Assembly: GCA_029261055.1 (NCBI GenBank)
Contig: JAJDCA010000044.1
Span: 141,867-205,866 of the forward strand
DNA from: Candidatus Omnitrophota bacterium
GTDB lineage: Bacteria > Omnitrophota > Gorgyraeia > Zapsychrales > Zapsychraceae
Length of the DNA stretch: 64,000 nt
Direction of reading: 5' to 3'
How positions within the stretch are numbered: the first letter of the stretch is position 1; every line of letters begins with the position of its first letter. The position numbers and the translations under genes were made by a program. Under the pieces are notes generated by a model that ran no database searches, was not told where the DNA came from, and saw nothing but the letters and a program-made list of their open reading frames with translations. Below, piece after piece: positions 8,528 through 16,209 of the stretch.

Positions 8528-9928
8528 TTGCAAGGCTCAATTAAATTGAATCAAATAAATATTAAAAAATATTTTATGTGTGCGTTGCTTTCTTTAGCAA
8601 CTTTTACGATACCTCAACATGTCGAGGCGACTGTAAATTTAAGCGTTACACCAGTAACTGGTGGAAATGATTTACGCTTCGGGCGTGTTAATGCTTCACG
8701 GATAGAAAACAAAGAAGTTAAAATCCGAATTACGTCAACGGATAATAGACAATATCAGCTCTTTCACAGAATGCTCGAACCATTAGTCAATACTCAGGGC
8801 GAAAATATAGGCCACGATACTCTTAAAACTTACACCTTAATCGGGTCAAATTCTTTCGGTACTTTGTATTCACAAGATCTGGAAAGCATAGGTTTTGGCG
8901 ATCAACTCCTGTACTCTTCAAGCGCTTCAGGCGAAAGCGATACATTTCGTGTTGTCTATTCTGTACAAGGTGACCAGCTAAAAGCTTCAGGAAATTTTTC
9001 CGGGCAGATTCTTTACACCGTCCGACCGATTGGTGGCGGAGCGCAGGATACCATTTTTTTAAACGTTTTTCTGGAATCTTCTGGAGAATTAAAAGTAAAT
9101 GTTGAAGGTTCAACAGGACAGAATACGGTTCACCTAAGCTACCCCGGAGAATTTGAAAAAACAGGACATATTAAAATTTCTTTTAATGGTAATCTTGGCC
9201 GAAAAATAAAAATTTATCAAAAGCTTGAAGTTTTTCCTAAAAATGACCAGTTGGATGAAATAAATAAGAGCGCTGTAAATATTCAAACGTCGGGAAATCA
9301 AAATGGCAATGTATTCGTACAAAACCCTTCGCCTTTAGAGCGTAAACGTATTCTACTTTATGAATCTAATCAAAACGAAGATACGTTCTTTGTCAATTTC
9401 TTTCTCGATGAACAAGAAATAAAGAATCAAAAAGCAGGTCATTACAATGGGAATTTAACATATATCATTGAATCTGCCGATGGCATACAAGAATATCGGT
9501 CAATGATAGAAATAGAGGTTGCTCCGGTATTTAATCTGGAAGTAAAACTTCCCCCAGGTGGGATGGATTTTTCCAAAATGTTACCTAAGAGCCCTCCTCA
9601 GATCAAAGAAATCATGGTAGAAGTTGAAACTAATCTTGGAAAACCTTACATAGTTGTCCAAAACGTTACAGCCCCTTTAAGTAATGAAAAAGGAGAATTA
9701 TTTTCAGAAGATGTCTTTACTTTAAAAGGCGAATCTGTCGGGGCAGAAATCGGAAAAATGATTAGTTCAGAGTTCACCCCGGTTTCCAATGGGGAAACAC
9801 CGATCTATTTCTCAGACGAAAAAGGATCATCAGCAAAGTTTAAGATCCATTACCGTATGCGACCGGATCAAAATATGAACCCGGGGGACTTTGCAACATC
9901 CATTGTTTATTCTTTGCAGGAAATGTAG
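8528..9928 (+). CDS. Secreted two-domain pilin-like / tip-adhesin-like protein of the putative chaperone-usher cluster
   Basis: TTG start at 8528 (first ATG at 8576); signal peptide ending HVEA; beta-rich; two segments end in pilin-like G-x-F-x-G-x-I-x-Y-T motifs (GNFSGQILYTV, PGDFATSIVYSL). Confidence 0.35.
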   Translation: MQGSIKLNQINIKKYFMCALLSLATFTIPQHVEATVNLSVTPVTGGNDLRFGRVNASRIENKEVKIRITSTDNRQYQLFHRMLEPLVNTQGENIGHDTLKTYTLIGSNSFGTLYSQDLESIGFGDQLLYSSSASGESDTFRVVYSVQGDQLKASGNFSGQILYTVRPIGGGAQDTIFLNVFLESSGELKVNVEGSTGQNTVHLSYPGEFEKTGHIKISFNGNLGRKIKIYQKLEVFPKNDQLDEINKSAVNIQTSGNQNGNVFVQNPSPLERKRILLYESNQNEDTFFVNFFLDEQEIKNQKAGHYNGNLTYIIESADGIQEYRSMIEIEVAPVFNLEVKLPPGGMDFSKMLPKSPPQIKEIMVEVETNLGKPYIVVQNVTAPLSNEKGELFSEDVFTLKGESVGAEIGKMISSEFTPVSNGETPIYFSDEKGSSAKFKIHYRMRPDQNMNPGDFATSIVYSLQEM

Positions 9929-9975
9929 AAATAAAGTATTAAGAACTAAAGATAACCCAAGAAAGGAGAACACAA

Positions 9976-10617
9976 ATGAAAAAACTAATCATGAGCTTAA
10001 TGATCGCTGTAGCTCTCGCACTGACGTTCGCACATGAAGGGCGCACAGCAACGAATTCTGAATCTTTTCCTGTTAGCGTAACCATACCGGCTTCAAGTGG
10101 TATTGATATTGTTGCAACAGAAGTTGATTCAGCAACCGATACATTTGGGCTTCAAGTATCCTCACTTAATTTTGACCCACTAACATTTTTTGCTACGGAT
10201 GATCAAGGCAACCCAATGAATATTTGGTTACCTGATCATTATTATGCAATGGATGTCGGGGTAGTCAGTAACGGGTCCGGTACTGTACAAAGCGTTGTTG
10301 TGGAGTATACGGAAGGTTCTAAACCAGCCGGCCAAACAGAAGGCTTAGGGCATAGGACAACAGCTGATTTTGTTAAAATGTCTATTGTAAACAGCCAAGA
10401 GGTACAAACACCTCTTTCAATAGGTAAAAAAGCACTTATTGATTTGTCACCACCAGGTCAGTTAGTAACCGGTGCTGAAATTGCAAATGGGTGGTTAAGA
10501 CTATTTGTTGGAGCTAATGATGGTACAAGTACTAATGTTACAGGTGGGCCTATTAGTAACGCTGATAGACCAGGGCCTTATAATGGTACGCTAAAATTTA
10601 CGGGAACTGTCTTGTAA
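9976..10617 (+). CDS. Secreted pilin-like subunit (candidate major subunit)
   Basis: Strong SD AAGGAGAAC; signal peptide ending at AHEG; N-terminal alternating hydrophobic strand ATNSESFPVSVTIPA (donor-strand-like); C-terminal GPYNGTLKFTGTVL resembles the chaperone-usher pilin F strand; paralogue of the 14439-14717 gene. Confidence 0.35.
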   Translation: MKKLIMSLMIAVALALTFAHEGRTATNSESFPVSVTIPASSGIDIVATEVDSATDTFGLQVSSLNFDPLTFFATDDQGNPMNIWLPDHYYAMDVGVVSNGSGTVQSVVVEYTEGSKPAGQTEGLGHRTTADFVKMSIVNSQEVQTPLSIGKKALIDLSPPGQLVTGAEIANGWLRLFVGANDGTSTNVTGGPISNADRPGPYNGTLKFTGTVL

Positions 10618-10641
10618 TCACGATAATTACAACTAAAATAT

Positions 10642-10675
10642 AAGGATAAGGGGAAGCCCTTATCCTTATTTTTAT
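10642..10675 (+). terminator. Rho-independent terminator
   Basis: Perfect 11-bp stem AAGGATAAGGG/CCCTTATCCTT with GAAG loop, followed by ATTTTTA. Confidence 0.65.
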
Positions 10676-10757
10676 CCGTAATTAGGAAAACATAAATCTT
10701 TCTTATCGGCACCAAAAATCGCCCCAGGTTATCAACCTAGGCGATTTTCTTGAATAT
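10673..10757 (+). promoter_or_regulatory. Conserved ~85-nt structured intergenic element, copy 1 (second copy at 30087-30170)
   Basis: TATCCGTA ... TCTTATCGGCACCAAAAATCGCC-CCAGGTTATCAACCT-AGGCGATTTTCTTGAAT; nested inverted repeats (AAAATCGCC/GGCGATTTT and AGGTT/AACCT); ends immediately before the start codon. Confidence 0.4.
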
Positions 10758-10758
10758 T

Positions 10759-11559
10759 ATGAAAAAATTATTATTATTTATATTATTTCTTTCTATATTT
10801 TCTACACATGCGTTCGCGCAACTCTTTCTGGAACAAGGGAAAATATCATTAGATTTACATCCTGGAAAAACAGCTACAGGGTCTCTCATAGTACATAATA
10901 CCAACCATGAAGAAAGTGTTACTGTCAAAGCCTATTGGGAAGATTTTGCCTATCAGGAACCTTTTGATGGTATGAAAAAATTCTTTTCCCCTGGAACATT
11001 ACCGTTATCATGCGGCCAATGGGTAACCTTTTCCCCTCAATCATTTAGTATTCCGCCCAGTGGAAAAAAGAAAGTCAGTTATGTAATTCATCCACCCGAA
11101 GATATTTCCGGCGGATATTATGGTGTGTTATTTTTCGAAAAAAATGCCCCGACAAATGCAGCAAAAATGGGACTAAATATCGTGACAAGATTAGGAACAT
11201 TATTTTTTCTGGAAACTGAAAACAGCATGCGGCAAGCTACTTTAAAAAATATTTCTACAATTAATGGTCAATTAACAGCAAAATTTCTTAACACCAGCAA
11301 TATTATTTTAATTCCAGACGGTATATTTTACATATTAGATGAAGAAGGACTTGTGGTCGACCGAGGAAAAATAGATAAAATTTATCTTCCACCCAATGGA
11401 GAAGCAGATTATCGTGTTAATTTTAATAAAGATATTCCTTCAGGGCAATACTCTATGATTTTGACAATTGATTTGCAAGAAAGCCACGTTCTTGTTAAAG
11501 AAATTGATTTTACAAAAACTTCTAACTCAAATATTGAAATATTAGCAATAAGAGATTAA
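10759..11559 (+). CDS. PapD-like periplasmic pilus chaperone (putative)
   Basis: Signal peptide MKKLLLFILFLSIFSTHAFA; QGKISLDLHPGKTATGSLIVHNTNHEESVTVKAYWED parallels PapD RAVFDGSEKSMTLDISNDNKQLPYLAQAWIEN; YGVLFFE and LNIVTRLGTLFFLE parallel the PapD FYFNLREIPP and ALQTKIKLFYRP motifs; the mature ~240-aa size fits two Ig-like domains. A TTG at 10750 is possible, but ATG 10759 is preferred. Confidence 0.45.
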   Translation: MKKLLLFILFLSIFSTHAFAQLFLEQGKISLDLHPGKTATGSLIVHNTNHEESVTVKAYWEDFAYQEPFDGMKKFFSPGTLPLSCGQWVTFSPQSFSIPPSGKKKVSYVIHPPEDISGGYYGVLFFEKNAPTNAAKMGLNIVTRLGTLFFLETENSMRQATLKNISTINGQLTAKFLNTSNIILIPDGIFYILDEEGLVVDRGKIDKIYLPPNGEADYRVNFNKDIPSGQYSMILTIDLQESHVLVKEIDFTKTSNSNIEILAIRD

Positions 11560-11616
11560 TACTTCGGTCACATTGAAATTTTTTATTCTTAACTTTTATG
11601 AAAACATTTATAAATT

Positions 11617-14418
11617 ATGCGTCAATTTTTTCATACATCCTGTCTAGTAATTATTGTTTTTCTTATTATTACTAATTCTTCATTTGCTGAGCCCCCACCT
11701 TCAAATTACCCTCAAATCTACACACTTTACATGCAACTAGGTAAAGAGGCTATTGATAACAAAAAATATGAAAAAGCCTTTAATCATTTTCAACATGCGC
11801 ATTTGATTGATCCATCGGCAGAAGACCCACTTTCGTATATTAATTTGCTCAAAAGAATTAAAGAAGGGCGTGTCAATGTTGTTTCAAAAACACAGCAACT
11901 AGGACCCATTTCAAAATCCAGACACTCTATTATCTCCAATACCCTTGATGCATTTGAAAAAAAAGAATACGCCACTCCAAACATCCCTCAAAAAAACACG
12001 ATTCAAATACCCCCCCCAACAAACAAATTTATTGTCCCCGAACAAGAACCTGCGATGGAAATAACACCAGAAACAATTTATTTAGATGACGCGTTATGGA
12101 GCTCTCAGCCAAAAACACTTTTGCAAATAGAAATGCAAAAAGCCGTCGTATTCGAAGGAAGCAACATCAAACGTTTTCTTATCATCACACCTAATTTCTT
12201 TGAAGTAAAAACAATTGATCGCGATAAAATCCTTATTATTGCTAATCAACGCGGGGCATCATTTTTACATGTATGGGATGATCGAGGACGATGGACATTT
12301 AACGTAGAAGTTATCTTACCATTTCACCACGAAAGCTTAAGAATCAAAGAAAAACAAATCGAAGAATACTCGAAACCGTTTACATTTTCATATGCAACCG
12401 ATTGGGCCTCGTTTAATCGCGGTAAACGTATGCTGGACTTGGAACGTCAAAGTTTAGACTTCCAACAAAGATTGTCTTTTCAGGGAGAAACCCCTTATGG
12501 TGATTTCGATACATCTGCTATTTTTGAGAAATTCTCTGAAACAACAGATGTAACACGTTACACTGTAGGATTAACTGACGGTCATATCGGAAAATTTAAA
12601 GATTTCAATATCCGTGGGTTTGATTTTTTGCCACATTTTTCAGCTCTTTCCCTACCGCGTCAAACCGTCCGAGGTATCTTTTTTAACAGTAAAGCCTTTA
12701 ATCAAAAAATTGAATTTACCTATCTTCGTGGCCGAGCCAGAAATTTATTTCCAACGCTGTCATCCGGCAGTAGCATTGATATTGATAATTTTGTAGAAGG
12801 AACACGCATAGCTTTTTTCCCTGATGAAAAAAGCACCTATGCCATAAATTTTGCACGTGGTTATGGTAATGACCGTTCTGATTTCCTTCAAAAAAGAGTT
12901 TTTTCTATTGAATCTGAATATGATTTTGATAATAAAACTAACCTCGCCACAGAAATCGCATATGATGAACACAATATCGCACAAACCATTAATTATAATT
13001 TTGGTGATGAGCATACTAAAGGGCATATTAAATTCCGTGATATTAACAAAAATTTTACAACCATTAAAAGTTTTCCTGGAGGTCGGGGAGAAGTGGGCGC
13101 CCTCTTAAATATGAATTGGGACTTAGATGCGATGGACATTGATACCAGCCTTGACCTCTACCGCGATCGACTCTTCCAAAATCCTGATAAACCAAGAGCA
13201 ATGAATGCTGAATTTAGTACAAATGTGACTATCCCTGTGTCGAAAAACGACACATTGCGGTCATCATTGTATTACATTAATACACAACAAGAACTTTCTC
13301 CTCGAAAAAGCCTACGCCTTAGCAGTAACTACATAAAAAAATTTCCATTATCAGAGCATAAATATTTAAGCACAAATTGGTTAGCTTCTTATCAAAGAAG
13401 CCGATTTGATCAGTCATCCTCATCTGACTACGACCGTTTCATTCTTTCAGGAGGGTTAAACATGCCCTTAATTGGAAACCTCAATTATCATGCCAACTAT
13501 GAATACTCTTGGGTCGATGAAAAAGTTTCGGGTGAGCAGTTAACTCCAAGTGTCTTTAGAACCGGATTTGATTATTCACGAAATATTACAGATAATTTGA
13601 TGGGAAATTTACGTTATACCTATCGTGATGAAGAAGATACCGAAGGTACAAATAGCTTTCTCTCCGGTGAAGATAGCGCCATTGGAAGCCTTGGACTCAC
13701 CTACAGATATTCCCAGGATCTTGAATTTTATTTTAATGGACGTGTCCGTAACATTTGGGCAGAAAGCGATACCCGAGAAGCCTTTGATGAAGTCGATATC
13801 CGTCTTGGCGTTAGATCAAATTGGGAGTTGCCGTTTTCTTGGAGTCCATCCGGTATTGTGGAAGGCATCGTGTTTAAAGATTTAAATGGTAATCAAAAAT
13901 GGGATGAAGATGAAGAAGGCATTGAAGGAATAGAAGTAAAAATTGGCAAGCATACAACCATAACTGATCAATATGGCCATTATGAAGATAAAGTGAGCGC
14001 CAAAAAAGTTCAGGTCGGTGTTAACCCCGACAGCATTCCGGATGGTTTTGTTTTTTCAACCCCAATTCTTGTAGATGTTAACATCACACCGCATATACGA
14101 CAAAAAGTAAACCATGGTTTAAGTATCCATTCCGGGGTCTATGGTGTTGTATTTTATGATAAAAACAATAATAATAAACCAGATCAAGATGATGAATTTA
14201 TTCCTAAAGTTAAAATTTTTCTAGATGATGCGGAGGTAACTGTCAGTGATTTTGAAGGGACATATTTTTTCAGAGATATTGCACCGGGGATGCATCAAGT
14301 CCGTATTGATGTTAATTCGATACCAATAGAATATCTGCCAAAAGTTAAATTAAAAAAGGAAGTGGAGGTAAGTGAAGGAACAACGTATGTTTTCCATGTG
14401 CCGTTAACTAAAAATTAA
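11617..14418 (+). CDS. Usher-like outer-membrane protein: TPR-like segment, secretin/CpaC-type pilus-N domain, predicted beta-barrel, two C-terminal Cna-B/SdrD-B-like beta-sandwich domains
   Basis: Signal peptide; VVFEGSNIKRFLIITPNFFEVKTIDRDKILIIANQRGASFLHVWDDRGRWTFNVEV matches the T2SS/T3SS/Flp pilus_N pattern; the long central region has alternating beta-strand character; GIVFKDLNGNQKWDEDEEGIEGIEVKIG and GVVFYDKNNNNKPDQDDEFIPKVKIFLDD are Cna-B-like. Confidence 0.4.
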   Translation: MRQFFHTSCLVIIVFLIITNSSFAEPPPSNYPQIYTLYMQLGKEAIDNKKYEKAFNHFQHAHLIDPSAEDPLSYINLLKRIKEGRVNVVSKTQQLGPISKSRHSIISNTLDAFEKKEYATPNIPQKNTIQIPPPTNKFIVPEQEPAMEITPETIYLDDALWSSQPKTLLQIEMQKAVVFEGSNIKRFLIITPNFFEVKTIDRDKILIIANQRGASFLHVWDDRGRWTFNVEVILPFHHESLRIKEKQIEEYSKPFTFSYATDWASFNRGKRMLDLERQSLDFQQRLSFQGETPYGDFDTSAIFEKFSETTDVTRYTVGLTDGHIGKFKDFNIRGFDFLPHFSALSLPRQTVRGIFFNSKAFNQKIEFTYLRGRARNLFPTLSSGSSIDIDNFVEGTRIAFFPDEKSTYAINFARGYGNDRSDFLQKRVFSIESEYDFDNKTNLATEIAYDEHNIAQTINYNFGDEHTKGHIKFRDINKNFTTIKSFPGGRGEVGALLNMNWDLDAMDIDTSLDLYRDRLFQNPDKPRAMNAEFSTNVTIPVSKNDTLRSSLYYINTQQELSPRKSLRLSSNYIKKFPLSEHKYLSTNWLASYQRSRFDQSSSSDYDRFILSGGLNMPLIGNLNYHANYEYSWVDEKVSGEQLTPSVFRTGFDYSRNITDNLMGNLRYTYRDEEDTEGTNSFLSGEDSAIGSLGLTYRYSQDLEFYFNGRVRNIWAESDTREAFDEVDIRLGVRSNWELPFSWSPSGIVEGIVFKDLNGNQKWDEDEEGIEGIEVKIGKHTTITDQYGHYEDKVSAKKVQVGVNPDSIPDGFVFSTPILVDVNITPHIRQKVNHGLSIHSGVYGVVFYDKNNNNKPDQDDEFIPKVKIFLDDAEVTVSDFEGTYFFRDIAPGMHQVRIDVNSIPIEYLPKVKLKKEVEVSEGTTYVFHVPLTKN

Positions 14419-14438
14419 TACTGAGAAAAGTCGAAGCA

Positions 14439-14717
14439 CTACTTCACCACAATAGTCTTCAGAGTGACATTTTCATAATTACGGACGATTTCTTCAAATT
14501 TAATTTCATGCAAAGCTGTGAGCTTATCGGTCTTGTCAATAGCCGTGGTTGTTTGCGTTTCTGAATTTGCTTGAGGTGTTACATCGACATTCACGCCAAC
14601 AACAGCAGGAATAGTAAAGGATACTTTGTAACTAACAGAGTTTGTAGCGGCAAAAGAATGAGCAGCTGTAAATGTCATTAAAGCTGCTATGGTGAGAATA
14701 ATCCAAATTTTTCGCAT
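14439..14717 (-). CDS. Small secreted pilin-like protein, paralogue of the 9976-10617 gene; the only minus-strand gene in the window
   Basis: Strong SD (AAGGAGGGG) 6 nt upstream of the ATG on the minus strand; signal peptide ending SFA; ATNSVSYKVSFTIPAVVGVNVDV aligns with ATNSESFPVSVTIPASSGIDIVA of the 9976 protein. Confidence 0.5.
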   Translation of the reverse strand: MRKIWIILTIAALMTFTAAHSFAATNSVSYKVSFTIPAVVGVNVDVTPQANSETQTTTAIDKTDKLTALHEIKFEEIVRNYENVTLKTIVVK

Positions 14718-14895
14718 TTTTAACCCCTCCTTTGAGAAGTTTTCTCAAAAAAGAGGGCGAAATACTTTACGTAAATCTAAAAAGACTTACGGCAGCTAGA
14801 CAGCCATTTTTCTGTTATTGTCAGAAATTAGGCTCACAGCTTTGTCCAGGCTTCATAAGCAAAAAGAGCATTCTCTTTTTGCCTACTACGCCTGG

Positions 14896-14945
14896 CCCTG
14901 CGAAGCAGGGGCCCTACTCTTTCGAGTAGTTTACCTTTATTTAAA
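14896..14945 (+). terminator. Tandem hairpins followed by a T-rich tract; terminator-like, possibly the 3' end of an unannotated sRNA
   Basis: CCCTGC-GAA-GCAGGG (14896-14910) and CTACTC-TTTC-GAGTAG (14914-14929), then TTTACCTTTATTT; no + strand ORF lies upstream. Confidence 0.35.
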
Positions 14946-14962
14946 TTATCAAAAATCTTGTG

Positions 14963-14985
14963 TAAGAGTTGCGCAGAAATTAATT
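14963..14985. promoter_or_regulatory. Copy 2 of the TAAGAG(A)TTGCGCA motif
   Basis: TAAGAGTTGCGCAGAAATTAATT versus TAAGAGATTGCGCAACTCCTAATT at 671. Confidence 0.3.
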
Positions 14986-15040
14986 ACCGATAATACTATT
15001 TCTTTATAAGGAGATATTTCTACGATAATCAACATTTTAT

Positions 15041-15070
15041 AGTTGCGCAATCTCTTAACGCTAATTAAAG
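15041..15070. promoter_or_regulatory. Copy 3 of the motif, reverse orientation, about 70 nt upstream of the epimerase gene
   Basis: AGTTGCGCAATCTCTTAACGCTAATTAAAG is the reverse complement of TAAGAGATTGCGCAACT. Confidence 0.3.
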
Positions 15071-15134
15071 TATAACATATTAAAAACACAGGCCGCAAGG
15101 TCAGGAACATCATCAAATAAAAGGGAGATAAAGC

Positions 15135-16106
15135 ATGAAAACAGTATTATTAACAGGCGCTGCCGGATTTATAGGATCCAAAACAGCAGAATTATTATTA
15201 GCAAAAAACTACCATGTTGTTGGTGTCGATAACATGAATGATTATTACGATGTGCGCTTAAAACAACATCGATTGAAGGCATTAAAAGGTCAAAAGAATT
15301 TTACCTTTCACAAAATTGACATTGAAAATCTCACGGCACTCAAAAAGCTGTTTAAACAATATAAATTTAACGCTGTCATGAACTTAGCTGCTCGTGCTGG
15401 GGTACGATATAGCTTAGTCAATCCATTTGTCTACAATACAACAAATTCACAAGCCACACTTAATCTACTCGAATTATGTAAAGATCACAAAGTTAAAAAA
15501 TTTGTGCTGGCTTCAACATCTTCACTTTATGCCGGACAAAAAATGCCGTTTACAGAAAAACTGGCCGTCAACACACCCATATCTCCGTATGCTGCCAGCA
15601 AAAAAGCCGCTGAAGTGATGTGTTACACCTACAATTTCATTTATGATATCGATATTACAATTGTTCGCTATTTCACTGTTTTTGGACCAGCAGGACGCCC
15701 GGATATGTGTATTTTTCGTTTTATCAAATGGATTGATGAAGGACAGCCTCTGGAATTAACAGGGGACGGCACACAAAGTCGTGATTTTACATACGTTGAA
15801 GATATTGCCGCAGGCACAGTTAAGGCATTAAAAAAAGTAGGATTTGAAATAATCAATTTAGGTGGCGGTAATCGCCCTATTACATTAAACAAAACCATTC
15901 GTTTCATTGAAAAGAATCTCGGTAAAAAAACAACAATTAAATATTTACCTTTTCCAAAAACAGATATTAAATCAACCTGGGCCGATATCAGTAAAGCCAG
16001 AAAAATTCTAAAATGGGAACCCAAGATTTCTTTAGAAGAAGGTATCAAACGGAGCGTTGACTGGTATTTAGAAAATCGAGATTGGGTTAAAGATGTTCAG
16101 TTGTAA
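15135..16106 (+). CDS. NAD-dependent nucleotide-sugar epimerase (UDP-glucuronate/UDP-sugar 4-epimerase family, extended SDR)
   Basis: GAAGFIGS Rossmann motif; YAASK (YxxxK) catalytic motif; SD GGGAGA. Confidence 0.8.
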   Translation: MKTVLLTGAAGFIGSKTAELLLAKNYHVVGVDNMNDYYDVRLKQHRLKALKGQKNFTFHKIDIENLTALKKLFKQYKFNAVMNLAARAGVRYSLVNPFVYNTTNSQATLNLLELCKDHKVKKFVLASTSSLYAGQKMPFTEKLAVNTPISPYAASKKAAEVMCYTYNFIYDIDITIVRYFTVFGPAGRPDMCIFRFIKWIDEGQPLELTGDGTQSRDFTYVEDIAAGTVKALKKVGFEIINLGGGNRPITLNKTIRFIEKNLGKKTTIKYLPFPKTDIKSTWADISKARKILKWEPKISLEEGIKRSVDWYLENRDWVKDVQL

Positions 16107-16126
16107 TTCATGTAAAGTAAATTTAG

Positions 16127-16204
16127 TGTTAGTCATCCGTCGTCAGTCTTCAAACATCAGTAAAAACAAAATGCTGACGTCTGAGAGCTGACGACTTGAA
16201 AGCC
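16127..16204 (+). repeat. Family-1 REP/MITE-like palindromic element, copy B (longest copy)
   Basis: GTTAGTCATCCGTCGTCAG ... GCTGACGTCTGAGAGCTGACGACTTGAAAGCC with internal inverted repeats (CGTCGTCAG / CTGACGAC); lies immediately 3' of the epimerase stop codon. Confidence 0.55.
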
Positions 16205-16209
16205 AAAAT

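Noticed and set aside
8576-8578. Using the first ATG (8576) instead of TTG 8528 as the start of the 466-aa secreted protein
   Set aside because: Neither candidate has a clear SD. The longer version gives a positively charged n-region (NIKKYF) before the hydrophobic core, so 8528 was kept, but the start is uncertain
14760-14945. Known housekeeping ncRNAs (SRP RNA, tmRNA, RNase P RNA, 6S) in the 415-nt gap
   Set aside because: GAAGCAGG resembles part of the SRP domain IV motif, but the paired GGAA tetraloop and symmetric loop context are absent; no tRNA-like ends for tmRNA; no RNase P P4 or GGAAAGUCCGG elements
14732-15009. ORFs 14732-14929 and 14818-15009 in the divergent intergenic region
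   Set aside because: No RBS, low-complexity translation, and they overlap hairpin and terminator structures; more likely noncoding regulatory or sRNA sequence
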